The notes beneath the pieces were generated by a model, which did not search any database, had not been told where the DNA came from, and saw only the letters and a list, made by a program, of their open reading frames with translations. Position numbers and translations under genes: made by a program. Shown here one piece after another: positions 47,073 through 57,666 of a DNA stretch of 64,000 nucleotides; position 1 is the first letter of the stretch, and the number at the start of each line of letters is the position of its first letter. Source of the stretch: Alphaproteobacteria bacterium (GTDB taxonomy: Bacteria > Pseudomonadota > Alphaproteobacteria > SHVV01); the NCBI GenBank assembly GCA_965261735.1, contig OZ253470.1:544001-608000 (forward strand), in the 5' to 3' direction.

Positions 47073-50048
47073 CTACAACCCGAGATCGCGGTCCACGGAC
47101 TTCGGCGCGGGCGTCTTCTCCGCCTCCGCCGTGCGGCCCGAGCTCCGTTCTCCGCCAATCTCCGCATCCATGCCCCGGGCCTTCCCGGCCTCGGGCGCCT
47201 TCGCCTTCGCTTTCCCGACCACTTCCAGCGCCGCGATGCGCTCGCCGGTGAGCGCCTGGAGCTGCTCCCTGAGCGCCGCCTTGTCGTCGGTGACGAGCTC
47301 GGCGCGGTCGCGCGCGCGGCTGATTTCAACATAGAGCATCTTCTGCGTGGTCAGGTTGGGATGGTTGGCCTCGATCGCGGCGATCACTGTATCGACCGTG
47401 CGCCCCTGGAACGCATGCACGGTCGAGGCCCAGGCGCGGTCGATGTGGCGGAGTTGCGGGTCGCCGGCGTTCATGTCGAGCATGCGCCCGTCCTCGAGGC
47501 GGAAGCCGACCCGGCCGTCCCGGACCGCCGTCACCTCGGCGGTCTGGCTGTTGACGAGCCCGAGCCCGGCATCGTTGCGGGTCCAGCGGATGCGGTCGCC
47601 GGCCCGGAGCTCCATCGTCTCCTTCTTGTAGACCTCGACGCCGCCCGCCCGGGCCGCGATCCGGCCCGGCTCCCAGCCGACCGGCCCGCCGTCCTTGCCC
47701 GCGAGCGTCACCGTCCCGGCCGCCCGGTCGACGCCCGCGACACGGAGCTCGTCGCCCTTCTCGACGCCAAGGCGCTTGTAGGGGCGGTGGAACCCCACGA
47801 CGTCGCCGGCCATGTAGTTCCGCGCGAGCGCCTTCTCGGCGTTGGTATAGCCCCGCGAGACCAGCCGTTCGGTCTCCATCGCGGGGCCGTGGACGACGCC
47901 ATCGCGGGTCAGGCGCTCGCGGACGATCCCGTTGATCCCCTCGCGCAGCGCATGGCTGGGCGCCATCAGCCCGGTGCGCTCGCGCGCCTCGGGAGCGAGC
48001 GCGAGCCAGCGCGCGGCGGCGGCGCCCGCGAGATTGTCGGGATTCACCTCGGCCACGTTGTCGCCCAGCTTCTCGAAGGCGCGGGCGATATCGCCCGCGA
48101 GGCTCGCCTCGACGGCTTCCTTCAGGGCCGGGTCGCGCTGGCGCATGATCTGGTCCATCAGGGCGGTCTTCATGCCGGCGGCCTGGAGCTGCGCGAAGGG
48201 CTTGCCGGCATCGACCGCGTCGAGCTGTTTCTCGTCGCCCACCAGCACCACGCGGGGGATGCGCAAGCTGTCGGCGATCCTGAGCAGATCCCGAGCCTGG
48301 ACGGTGGAGGCGAGCGAGCCCTCGTCGACCACCAGCACCGTCTTCGCGAACGCCGCGCGCATTTCCTTTTCGCCCTTCGCGGTCATCCGTCCCGCCGCGA
48401 CCCCGCCGTATCGGGCGAGGAAGCGCTGCAGGGTCTCGGCGCCGATCCCGGCCTCGCCTTCGAGCGTGCGCGCGGCCGAGGCCGAGGGCGCGAGCCCCCT
48501 GACCTCGTAGCCGCGCTTCTCCAGGAGCGCGCGGGCGCGGTTCAACATCGTGGTCTTGCCGCTGCCGGCATAGCCCTGAACGCCAACCACGCGATCCCCT
48601 TCGGAGAGGATCAGCTTCACCGCCGCCTTCTGACCGTCCGTGAGCGGCCCCTTGCGCAGTGCCTTGTCGACGGCGCGGGCGCGCATGGGCGCCGCGCCGC
48701 GCTCCCGCCCGGCCTCCATCAGCGCGATCGTCTCCCTCTCGTCGCCGACCGCCCGGTCGGTGGTGAGCAGCCCCTCCATACCCGGAAGCCTGGCGGCATG
48801 CAGCGATCCCGCCCCCTCCAGCCGTGCCGCCGCGGCCTCCGCTTCGCCCACCGTCACCTTGCCGGGGTCCCAGGCGAGCGCGGCGGTGAGCAGATCGGTC
48901 CGGGAGAACACCGCCTCGCGTTCGGAGAGATGCGCGACGGCCCATTCGACGGCGCGTTCGGCGGGCGATACGGGAGTGCGCTCCGCCGCCCGGCCGCGCC
49001 CCGGTGAAGGCGTCTGCGGGGCGCCCTCGCGAACCGATTCCCGCTCCTCCGTCAGGCTCCCTGGCTCGGCGGCGCCTGCGGGAACCGCCCCGGACTCCCG
49101 GCCGGCGCCCTCCCGCTCCGCGCCCTTCGCCGCCTCGGCCGTGAGCGCGGGGGCGTCGAAGCCGAGATCGGCGGCCTGGCGCTGCCAGACGCCGGTGAGC
49201 TCGTCGCGGTCGATGTCGCGCTTCGCCGCACGGCTCACCAGCGCCGCCCGCTCGGCGAGGCGCGGATTGTCGGAGGGCGATCCCATGCCGCGTTCCGCCA
49301 TCCCCGCCTCGATCTCGGCGCGCCGGGTCGAGAACGCGTCGATCGCCTCGCGCGAGACGCCGGCGATCTCGAAGCGCCCGTCGGCATGGGTCTTCTCGAT
49401 CCCGTATCCCAGCCGTCCGAGGCCGCGCGCGAGCTCGCTGCGGTAGATGGCCCCGATCAGCATCTTGGATTCGTAGAGCTTCTCGTTGGCCATGGACCGC
49501 CATTTGCCGTCCTCGCCCTGCACCATGTTGGCGATCACGGCGTGGGTGTGGAGCTGCGGGTCGAGGTTGCGCGAGGTGTCGTGGCGGAACGTGGCGGCGA
49601 CCATCTTCTGCCCGCCCTCGCGGACCATCCGGCCCGTCGCGGGGTCCTTCACCCGGGTCTCGGCGGCGTTTCCCTCGATCCAGGCGAGCGTCGCCTCGAC
49701 CGCCCGGTCGTGGACGTCGACGACGCGCACGTCGCCGCCGACCAGGCCGACAAGCGAGACCGACTTCGGGGCCGAGAGGGTGACGTCGCGTCCGGGGCGG
49801 TGGAGCAGCTTGCCGTCGCGGTCGCGGCGCCCGAGCTCGCGTCCGGAGCCGTCGGGCACCTTGCCTTCGAGGACGGCGCGGAAGACGTCCGGATCGACCG
49901 GACCGGTGAGCCCGAGCGCGTCGGCGCCCTTGCCGGCCCACGCGCTCGCCTCCCGGTGCTCCGGATCGTCGCTGGCGTAGTAGCCGTCCTTCTCGTAGTA
50001 GGAGACGCCCTGGGCGGCCGAGGCGATGGCGCCGATCGAGGCCACCAT
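47073..50048 (-). CDS. traI: MOBF relaxase-helicase (TrwC/TraI)
   Basis: YY…YY, D-T-SAPKSVS, HDTSR--DPQLHTH, GYAGSGKTT, QG-T. Confidence 0.95.
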   Translation of the reverse strand: MVASIGAIASAAQGVSYYEKDGYYASDDPEHREASAWAGKGADALGLTGPVDPDVFRAVLEGKVPDGSGRELGRRDRDGKLLHRPGRDVTLSAPKSVSLVGLVGGDVRVVDVHDRAVEATLAWIEGNAAETRVKDPATGRMVREGGQKMVAATFRHDTSRNLDPQLHTHAVIANMVQGEDGKWRSMANEKLYESKMLIGAIYRSELARGLGRLGYGIEKTHADGRFEIAGVSREAIDAFSTRRAEIEAGMAERGMGSPSDNPRLAERAALVSRAAKRDIDRDELTGVWQRQAADLGFDAPALTAEAAKGAEREGAGRESGAVPAGAAEPGSLTEERESVREGAPQTPSPGRGRAAERTPVSPAERAVEWAVAHLSEREAVFSRTDLLTAALAWDPGKVTVGEAEAAAARLEGAGSLHAARLPGMEGLLTTDRAVGDERETIALMEAGRERGAAPMRARAVDKALRKGPLTDGQKAAVKLILSEGDRVVGVQGYAGSGKTTMLNRARALLEKRGYEVRGLAPSASAARTLEGEAGIGAETLQRFLARYGGVAAGRMTAKGEKEMRAAFAKTVLVVDEGSLASTVQARDLLRIADSLRIPRVVLVGDEKQLDAVDAGKPFAQLQAAGMKTALMDQIMRQRDPALKEAVEASLAGDIARAFEKLGDNVAEVNPDNLAGAAAARWLALAPEARERTGLMAPSHALREGINGIVRERLTRDGVVHGPAMETERLVSRGYTNAEKALARNYMAGDVVGFHRPYKRLGVEKGDELRVAGVDRAAGTVTLAGKDGGPVGWEPGRIAARAGGVEVYKKETMELRAGDRIRWTRNDAGLGLVNSQTAEVTAVRDGRVGFRLEDGRMLDMNAGDPQLRHIDRAWASTVHAFQGRTVDTVIAAIEANHPNLTTQKMLYVEISRARDRAELVTDDKAALREQLQALTGERIAALEVVGKAKAKAPEAGKARGMDAEIGGERSSGRTAEAEKTPAPKSVDRDLGL

Positions 50049-50049
50049 G

Positions 50050-52167
50050 TCAGAAGCGCATCAGGCCGCCGGGGATTTCCGCATCCGGGCGCGCGGGGGC
50101 AGGATCCGGCGGCGGTGCGCTCTTCCCGTCCGCCGCCGGCTCGCCCGCGGGAGCCGCGCCGCCGGTCTCGCCGCCGCCCGTGGCGGGCGCGGCGTCCGAT
50201 CCCGAATCGGTCTTCTCACCTTCGCTGCCGGCGTCCGATGCCGGCGGCGGCCCGCTCCCGACGGCGCCCTCGCGGGCTCCGTCCGACTCGCCGAACAGGT
50301 CGAGCTCGCCCTGTCCGAACCGGCCCGCCGGCTCCTCGGGCAGGACCTCCGATGGCGGCGCCGCCTCGCCGGATACGTCGCCGCTTGCGTCGGCCTCGCC
50401 TGCATCGGCCCCGCGCGCCACGAAGCGCTCGGCCGAGGCGGGCCGGTTCACGTATTTCAGCTTGATCGAGGCGACCGGGAGCGGGCCGGGGAACTTGAGA
50501 TAGCCCTCGAGGTTCGGGAGCCGCATGATCTCGGACGGGAGCGCCAGCGAGCGCAGCTCGCGGCGCGGCGTGAGCGAGACGCCATCGCGGATGGTGTTGG
50601 CGCCGTAGGAATAGCCCTCGGCCACCTCCTCGACCTCGCTTCGCCCCAGGCTGTCGGCCGACCACTGCGCGGTGTCGCGATCCGGCGCCGCCAGCACCAC
50701 CCTTGTGCCGCAGAGCCCCGAGATGGTCTCCGCGCCGTTCCGCCCGTAGAGGTCGCGGAGCGCAGACGCCACCTGGACGCCGAGCACGAAACAGCCGCCG
50801 AACTGGCGGGATTCGGCGAGACCGGGCTGGAGCGAGGGCACCTGGTGGAGGGTGGGCAGCTCGTCGAGGATCACCCAGATGCGCCTGCCGTCGTCCTGGG
50901 CGAGCGTGAGCATCGCGTTGACCGCGATCTCGAGCCAGGTCGAGATCAGCCCGCGCAGGCTGGCATGCTGGTCGCCGCGCGAGGTCAGGAACAGGAAGCC
51001 GTCGCCGTCCTCCTTGCCGATCCAATCCCGGATCGAGAACGGCTTGCCGGTATCGGGCAGGAACTCAAGCGCGCTCAGGTGCGCGGTCAACATGGCGCGC
51101 ACCGAGAGCGCGGTCTTCGGGTTTTCCGGATCGACGATGGACTGCGCGACCGTGCCTTCCATCGCCTCGGCGAGCGCCGTCAGGTCGGTCTTCAGGAGAT
51201 GGTCGACCAGCACCTTGTTCTCGGTGACGCCCCGGTTCCAGAACACCCCGGCGCCGTTGGAGAAGAGCTGGCGCGCCGCGGTCACCCAGAACGGGTCGAC
51301 CGTGTCCTTCTGCTGCGGGATCAGCGCGGCCGCCATCATGTCGAAGTCGCGGGGGGTCCTCGCCTCCAGGAACGGCGACCAGCGCGGCGCGCGGGCGTCG
51401 AGCGGGTTCATCAGCACGTCGCGGGCGGGGTCGAGGAAGGCCGCCGTGTAGCTCCCCATCTTGTCGTAGATCACGCAGCGCTCGCCCTTGGCCCGGATCT
51501 GCGCGACCAGGTCGGAGATCAGCACCGTCTTGCCCGAGCCGGTGGTGCCCGAGACGATGGTGTGCTGGGTCTCGGTGCGCTCGGGGTACGGGACGCCGGC
51601 GATGCTGTAGGGCCCCGGACGCCCCGCCCCCGGCAGGGCGTTCCGCGCACGGCGGCGCAGCGGGGCCGTGGCGTTCGCCCGCCGCACCCGGCGGCGCAGC
51701 TCGCCCGCCGTCACCAGCTCGGCGCCCCGGATGCGGCGCCGCCGCGAGAGCCGCACGCCGCGGTACCAGAACCAGGCGAGGAAGAGCGCTATGACCCCGA
51801 GCCCGGCCTTCGCCCCGAGGACCGCGCTCGCGAACATCTCCGCCTTGATCCGCTCGCGCGCCTCCCAGGCCGGCGCCGAGGACGCGATCTCGCGGATCGT
51901 GAGCACCCGGCGCGTGCCGTCGGGAAAGCGGATCTCCTGGCCCGTTCCGGGCTCGTAGCCGAGGACGAGCTTGACCTCGGCCAGCGTATACATGCCGGCG
52001 GCGTACCATTCCGCCCCGCTGGTGGTGCGCCACAGGTTCCAGGCCGGCAGGGCGACGACCATGAAGGCCGACAGCATCATCGCCGCCTGCACGAGCTGCC
52101 CCCACATGCGCAGCCCATGGAAGACGGTCTGCCCGCCCCGCAGCGTGCTGCCGCCGAGGCCCCGCAT
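50050..52167 (-). CDS. traD: Type IV coupling protein
   Basis: N-terminal TM segments, GTTGSGKT, IYDK-G, LDELPTL. Confidence 0.93.
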   Translation of the reverse strand: MRGLGGSTLRGGQTVFHGLRMWGQLVQAAMMLSAFMVVALPAWNLWRTTSGAEWYAAGMYTLAEVKLVLGYEPGTGQEIRFPDGTRRVLTIREIASSAPAWEARERIKAEMFASAVLGAKAGLGVIALFLAWFWYRGVRLSRRRRIRGAELVTAGELRRRVRRANATAPLRRRARNALPGAGRPGPYSIAGVPYPERTETQHTIVSGTTGSGKTVLISDLVAQIRAKGERCVIYDKMGSYTAAFLDPARDVLMNPLDARAPRWSPFLEARTPRDFDMMAAALIPQQKDTVDPFWVTAARQLFSNGAGVFWNRGVTENKVLVDHLLKTDLTALAEAMEGTVAQSIVDPENPKTALSVRAMLTAHLSALEFLPDTGKPFSIRDWIGKEDGDGFLFLTSRGDQHASLRGLISTWLEIAVNAMLTLAQDDGRRIWVILDELPTLHQVPSLQPGLAESRQFGGCFVLGVQVASALRDLYGRNGAETISGLCGTRVVLAAPDRDTAQWSADSLGRSEVEEVAEGYSYGANTIRDGVSLTPRRELRSLALPSEIMRLPNLEGYLKFPGPLPVASIKLKYVNRPASAERFVARGADAGEADASGDVSGEAAPPSEVLPEEPAGRFGQGELDLFGESDGAREGAVGSGPPPASDAGSEGEKTDSGSDAAPATGGGETGGAAPAGEPAADGKSAPPPDPAPARPDAEIPGGLMRF

Positions 52168-52221
52168 CAGGCGGTCCCCGCGGCCGCGGACGGAGCCGCG
52201 GCCGCCGCACCGGCCGCGCGC

Positions 52222-52626
52222 TCACGCCTCCCCATCGCCGCCGCTCCCCTCGGGAGCGCCCGCACCCGGGCCACCGTCCTTCGGCCGCGGCGACAAGACG
52301 TTCACCATGCCCTGCGGCCCGGCGACGACGATCTCGGTGACCTTCTGCGCCTTGCCCTCCCGGTCCTGGTACTCGCGCCGGGCGATCCGCCCCTCGACCA
52401 GCACCGCCGCGCCCTTGGCGACCATCGCCTCCACCGCCTTGACCGCGCCGCCGAAGACCGCGATCCGGTGCCATTCCGTCGCCTCGGCCGGCTGGCCGTC
52501 CTTGCCCGTCCACTTCTGCGTCGTCGCAAGGGTGAAGGACGCCGCCCTCTCGCCGCTGCGCAGCTCGCGGATCTCGGGGTCGCGCCCCGCGCGGCCGAGC
52601 AGCGTCACCCGGTTGATGTCCAGCAT
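52222..52626 (-). CDS. ssb: Second SSB, lacking the IPF tail
   Basis: INRVTLLG--G-DPE, TEWHRI; AGGAGG RBS. Confidence 0.9.
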   Translation of the reverse strand: MLDINRVTLLGRAGRDPEIRELRSGERAASFTLATTQKWTGKDGQPAEATEWHRIAVFGGAVKAVEAMVAKGAAVLVEGRIARREYQDREGKAQKVTEIVVAGPQGMVNVLSPRPKDGGPGAGAPEGSGGDGEA

Positions 52627-52787
52627 CGTCGTTTCCTCCTCATCGGTTGGCATCTGCGGCCGTCATGGCGGCCGGGACGGCCCCGCGCCGGGCGCCGCCG
52701 GGAGGCGGAGCCGGGCCGGGGCGGGGGCGAAGGGACGGGGGCCGGAGAGGGCCTCCGGTCCTGGCAATCCGCGCCGCGGCCGCTACC

Positions 52788-53147
52788 ATGGAGACCCTGA
52801 ACATGAGTGGAACATCCACGGACTCCCGCTCGCGCACGACCTGGCGCGAGCGCATCTTCGTGCTCGCCGGGCTCATGCTCGCGGCCCTCTACACGGCCGC
52901 GTCGCTCGCGCTCGGCGCCGGTGCGGAGGCGATCGGACCGCTCTGGATGGCGGCTATCGCCTGGACCGTGCCCGCGAGCCTCGCGGGCGCGCTCCGGCGC
53001 GGCTTCCGCCGCCGCGACTGGTCGGCCTTCCGCAGCTACGAGCTTGCCTGTGGGCGCGACGAGCGCATCGACTGGGCCACCCAGACGGGCCAGTACGCAT
53101 ACATGCCGATCGCCGAGGAGCACGAACGGCTGATGCGCGGGGACTGA
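52788..53147 (+). CDS. Small 2-TM protein convergent with traG (entry-exclusion candidate)
   Basis: Two hydrophobic helices; position and orientation. Confidence 0.55.
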   Translation: METLNMSGTSTDSRSRTTWRERIFVLAGLMLAALYTAASLALGAGAEAIGPLWMAAIAWTVPASLAGALRRGFRRRDWSAFRSYELACGRDERIDWATQTGQYAYMPIAEEHERLMRGD

Positions 53148-53161
53148 GCGCGGGGTCCCTG

Positions 53162-56095
53162 TCACGGCGAGGAGTCCCCCCAGCCCGTCCGGTCCGGAGC
53201 CCGCCCGGTGTCTTCCCCGCCAACCCCGTCCCCGTCCGGGGCGGCATTCTTCGCCGTGCCGAACAGCTGGCCCGCGAGCCAGCCGCCGATGAAGGGGAGG
53301 TTCTCCGTGGCGTGCTCCTCGAAGGGCCTGCCCTCCTCGACGGCGACGCGTACACGTCCCTCGCGGGCCGTCTCCCGCGTGATCTCCGTCCTCGCCCCGC
53401 GGGCGGCGCCGCGCACGATCATGCCGGTCTCCGTCTCCGCGCGTTCGCCGCCCGCGGCCGCCGCGACCTCGCCCGGTATCGGCGCGCCCGCGACATAGGC
53501 GCGGTCGCGCACCCCTTCCGACCAGCCCCCGTAGGCCGCGGCGGTCTCGCCGGCATAGGCGCCGCGCAGCTCGCCTGCCGCACCTTCGTATTCCGCCGCG
53601 CCGCCGACCGTCGCCGGATCGGGCCCGGCCGGCCCACCAGGTCTCGGATGGGGGAACTTCTCGGCGATGAACGCCGCGGCATGCTCGCGCAGCGCCTCGG
53701 CGTCCTCCGGGGTCTGGGGCGAGGCGATCCGCATCGCGCCCGCGGCCCCGATGGCGCGTCCGTCCGCGCCGCTGCGCTCCGAGAGCCAGGCGAAGAAGGG
53801 CTGGCCGAGGTCGCGCTCGATGGCCTGCGCGTCGGAGCGCACCTGGGCCGCCTGCTCCGACCAGCTCTCCGATTCCTGGCGCGACAGCGAGGCGCGTTCC
53901 TGGAAGCTCCGCATGCGCGTCAGGTTGGCGGAAAGGCTCTCGTCCAGGCTCGCCATCTCGCTGTCGCCGGTCTGCGCGGAGTAGCGCCGCGAGGCCTCGG
54001 CGACCTTCGACCAGCTCTCCGTCACCCCGTGCTGGCGGTCGTATTCCCGCATCCGGTTCCAGGCGTCGGACTCGATGGTCTGTCCCCGCCACATGGCTGA
54101 GCCGTCGGCGCCGATCTTCGCGATCAGATTCCACCCGCCGCCGACCTTCGCCTCGCCGGTCAGGTTCATCGCCTGGCTCTTCGAGATGCCGCCGATCTCG
54201 GCCAGCTTGTCGACGTGGCTCTGCAATTCCTGCGCCTGCGTACTCTCGCTCTCCGAAACACCCCTCGAATGCGCCATGCCGGTCGAGACGTCGTGCGAAT
54301 AGCGCTCGACCAGGCCCGTCGCGTCGGTGACGGCGGCGTTGCGCGCCTGGCCCGCCTCCGCCGACCAGTGGCGCGAGACGCCGCGGGCCTCGGCCGCGCG
54401 CTGCTCGTGGCTCGTGGCAAGGGATTCCGAGAGCCGCACGCCGGCGGCGGGGATGCGGCTGGTGGCGGCGCCGGCGTCGGTGACCGCCGTGCCGTCGCCG
54501 GTCACCGTGAACCCCGCTCCGGCCGGCGCATAGCCCGTATAGCGGTCGGTATCGACATGGGCCGAGGTGCGGATCTGGCGGCCTTCGAGGCTCGCGAAGC
54601 GGTGGGTGTCGTAGCCGGTGTTGGCGAGCGAGAGGTTGCCCGTCGTGCCCTCATGGGCGGCCGAGGATGCCGCGTCCTGGCCGACGGCGAGCACCGAGGT
54701 CGCGAGGATCGTCGCCTTGGAGAGGCCGTAGGCCAGCGCCGCGGCGAGGAACGGCACCGACATCGAGAGATAGCCCGACATCACCGCCACGTCGGAGGCG
54801 ACCGCCTGGATCCCGGCTTGGGCGACCAGCGAGATGCCGATATCGCCGCCCGGCATCAGCGCCGCCGCGCTCATGCGCTCCGCCGCCTCGCCCATGGAGA
54901 TGCGGTGCAGCACCGCGTAGAGCGGGCCCCAGGACTGGAGCCAGACCAGCCCGGTCACGTAGGAGCGGAATATCGCCATCCCCGCGGGCGTCAGCATCAG
55001 CAGCACCGCCATCGGGAAGGCGCCGATATAGAGGCACTCGAAGACGATGCGCAGCAGCGGCACCCAGGTCTCGGCCTGGCGCCCGATGGCGCGGTAGGCC
55101 GAGACCGTCTGGGCCTCCGCCCTGGCCTCGGTATAGGCGCTGAGCGCGGCGGCGTTGCCGGCCTCGGCCGCCCATTGCTCGCCGGCGTCGTGGACGGCGT
55201 TCAGCACCATCTGCTGGCGCATGATCTCGCCCGCCGAGCGCGACGCGCCGATCAGGAAGTCGTGGGCGGCGGGCAGCGCCGCGAGCAGCTCGGCCCGGGC
55301 CAGCGCTTCCGTCCGGGCGTCCGGGAAGATGCGCCGCCCGAAGATGGTGCCCGCCCGCGCGATCTCCGCGTTCCACAGGGCGTTCAGCCGCCCGGCGCCC
55401 ACCGCGCAGGTGACGATCTCGCGCTCGATCGGCGTTGCCCCGGTGCCGACGGCGGCCTGGCGGGTCGCGAACTCGAACATGCGCGCGGGCGAGGCGCCCG
55501 CCGACGGCGTGCCCGTGGCGGTCACCAGAGACCAGATGTCGGTCGATTCGCGCAGATCGTCGGCCGAGATGTGGCCGAGCAGCAGCGCGTAGAAGACGCA
55601 TTGCCGGGCGTAGTTGCGCAGGTTGCGCGCGAACACCGCGTCGGTCACCTCGAGCCTGGTCGCGGACGCCGCGAGCCGCGCCCCGAATATGAGACCGTGG
55701 CGCTGGTAGGCCATGTCGTCCGGCAGGGTGAAGGCCTGCTCGGTGAGGCGCGTCAGCCCGTCGCCGACCTGGGACGTCAGCGAGGCGAACAGCGCGAGCC
55801 CCACCGGCACGTTGGCGACCACGGCGGGCGCCAGCGCCGGATCGAGGCGGTCGACGACGCGCACCGTCGCCTTGGGCACGATCATCGCGCCCCACACCGC
55901 CACGAACAGCAGGACCCACTTGGCGTTGTCCTTCCACGAGCCGCCGAAGGCGGTGCGGAACAGGACCCAGCCGAGCCCGGCGGCCCCCGCGAGCTGGGCC
56001 AGCGCCACATAGGCGCCGCCCGAGGTGATCGCGGCCACCGCGTTCAGGAGGTCGACGAGATAGGTCCCCCCGCCCATGGTGAAGAGCTCGTACAT
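53162..56095 (-). CDS. traG: F-type mating-pair stabilisation protein TraG
   Basis: T-GGG--L---LNAVA, V-NVP-GLA, WLQSWGPLYA. Confidence 0.92.
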   Translation of the reverse strand: MYELFTMGGGTYLVDLLNAVAAITSGGAYVALAQLAGAAGLGWVLFRTAFGGSWKDNAKWVLLFVAVWGAMIVPKATVRVVDRLDPALAPAVVANVPVGLALFASLTSQVGDGLTRLTEQAFTLPDDMAYQRHGLIFGARLAASATRLEVTDAVFARNLRNYARQCVFYALLLGHISADDLRESTDIWSLVTATGTPSAGASPARMFEFATRQAAVGTGATPIEREIVTCAVGAGRLNALWNAEIARAGTIFGRRIFPDARTEALARAELLAALPAAHDFLIGASRSAGEIMRQQMVLNAVHDAGEQWAAEAGNAAALSAYTEARAEAQTVSAYRAIGRQAETWVPLLRIVFECLYIGAFPMAVLLMLTPAGMAIFRSYVTGLVWLQSWGPLYAVLHRISMGEAAERMSAAALMPGGDIGISLVAQAGIQAVASDVAVMSGYLSMSVPFLAAALAYGLSKATILATSVLAVGQDAASSAAHEGTTGNLSLANTGYDTHRFASLEGRQIRTSAHVDTDRYTGYAPAGAGFTVTGDGTAVTDAGAATSRIPAAGVRLSESLATSHEQRAAEARGVSRHWSAEAGQARNAAVTDATGLVERYSHDVSTGMAHSRGVSESESTQAQELQSHVDKLAEIGGISKSQAMNLTGEAKVGGGWNLIAKIGADGSAMWRGQTIESDAWNRMREYDRQHGVTESWSKVAEASRRYSAQTGDSEMASLDESLSANLTRMRSFQERASLSRQESESWSEQAAQVRSDAQAIERDLGQPFFAWLSERSGADGRAIGAAGAMRIASPQTPEDAEALREHAAAFIAEKFPHPRPGGPAGPDPATVGGAAEYEGAAGELRGAYAGETAAAYGGWSEGVRDRAYVAGAPIPGEVAAAAGGERAETETGMIVRGAARGARTEITRETAREGRVRVAVEEGRPFEEHATENLPFIGGWLAGQLFGTAKNAAPDGDGVGGEDTGRAPDRTGWGDSSP

Positions 56096-56187
56096 GGGCT
56101 ATCGCGGCCCGGCAGACCTTGCGGCGGGGAGGTCCGCGCGCCCCCCGACGTGCCTGCTCCCCAAGGCGGAATGCCGGTCCATCGGCC

Positions 56188-57666
56188 CTACCTGGACCCG
56201 GCGGCGGCGCCGCCGCGCGAGAAGGCGAGCGCGGCGCGCAGGTCCGCCGAGAGCGCGCCCGCGAGCTCGGTCTCGATCAGCCTGAGCTTCTCGACCACGG
56301 CGAGCGCGGTGTTGAAGCGCTCCAGCCCCTCGTTGCGATGGCGGGCGAGTGCGACCCGGTTGGCCCGCAAGCCCTCGCGCCAGCGCCGGAGCTGGTCGCC
56401 GTCGGCGATGTCGAGCGTGCCGGCGCGCTCCTCGACGGTGCGGTGGAGGTCCGTGATCCAGACCTGGAGCACGTCGAGCGCCACGGCTTCGGCGAGCGCG
56501 TCCATCTCCTGGTCGACCACCGCGCCCCGGTAGGCGGCGGCCACGTTGGCGACCCGGTAGACCGGGAGCGTGGTGAGGTTGACCAGCCCCAGCGCCTCGG
56601 TGGGCGGCGCGGTGTCGGTCCTGACCGCATCCACGAGGTCGCGCAGGAGCTCCGCCACCCGGGTCCGGAAGCCCCGGTCGGCGGGCACGCTCACCCGCCC
56701 GAGCGTGGGGTTCAGGCAGCGGTCCGTCGTGTCGCAGCGGTAGACCGGGAGATCGCCGCCGCCCTCCATCAGGATTTCCGTGACGCGCCGGTCGAGCGCC
56801 AGCGGCTCGAGGATGCGCACCCTGGGACCGGCGTCGTCGCCGTCGGAGACGGGCGCGGTGACGATCACCGTGCCGGAAATCGACATGGCGAACTCGGCAA
56901 GCCGGGTATCGCCCGAGAGGAAGGAGGACGCCCTGACCGCCTTCCAGGCATAGTTGACGTTGACCGGGACCTGGTCCGCCATTGCGCCCGAGGCCGACGC
57001 GAGGGTCGAGTTGCGTTTCCCTTCCGACCCGCAGCCGTGCTTCGCCGCCGCGTAGTCGGAGAAGATCCCCTGGGAGGTGCCGATCGCGGCGCAGATCGAG
57101 GCGGACGCCCGGTCGTTCTTCGACCAGGCGGCGCCGACCAGCGCCTGTGCGGTCTCGCAGCTGTTGAGGTTCTGGCTGTTGACCCACTGCGCCAGCGCGC
57201 GGAGCTTGGCCATGGTCTCGGCGATCACCGGCGAGATGGTCTCCAGCGCCAGCTCGAAGGCGAAGCCGGCGGCGTTCTGCGCCACCGCGCGGCCGAAGGC
57301 GATCAATTGGTCGGAGTTGATGAACGAGAAGGCGCCGGCGAAGGCGTCGATGCCGCCGCAGCCGGCCCGGAAGCTCGGCAGGCTGACCGTCGCGATGGTC
57401 TCCGAGCGCACCGGGGCGCGCAAATACAGGTTGCCGAGCGTCCAGTGGCCGGAGGCCTGGCCCGCGAAGGCGGTAGGGCCGGTGGTGTTGACCGCCGCGC
57501 CGCGCCAGAAATTGTTCATTTCCGAGAGCACATCGGCATCGGCGGGCGACGCCACAAGCAGGGCAGCGGTCAGTAGCGCACCGCACCTTCCGAGCTCCCG
57601 AGGGCTCCGGCGGCGGGTGGAGGCTGGGCAGGACCGAACCGTCCGGTATGCATGTTCAATAATCAC
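56188..57666 (-). CDS. traH: TraH (start approximate)
   Basis: PSFRAGCGGIDAF-G-FSFIN, NSCETA. Confidence 0.92.
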   Translation of the reverse strand: MIIEHAYRTVRSCPASTRRRSPRELGRCGALLTAALLVASPADADVLSEMNNFWRGAAVNTTGPTAFAGQASGHWTLGNLYLRAPVRSETIATVSLPSFRAGCGGIDAFAGAFSFINSDQLIAFGRAVAQNAAGFAFELALETISPVIAETMAKLRALAQWVNSQNLNSCETAQALVGAAWSKNDRASASICAAIGTSQGIFSDYAAAKHGCGSEGKRNSTLASASGAMADQVPVNVNYAWKAVRASSFLSGDTRLAEFAMSISGTVIVTAPVSDGDDAGPRVRILEPLALDRRVTEILMEGGGDLPVYRCDTTDRCLNPTLGRVSVPADRGFRTRVAELLRDLVDAVRTDTAPPTEALGLVNLTTLPVYRVANVAAAYRGAVVDQEMDALAEAVALDVLQVWITDLHRTVEERAGTLDIADGDQLRRWREGLRANRVALARHRNEGLERFNTALAVVEKLRLIETELAGALSADLRAALAFSRGGAAAGSR

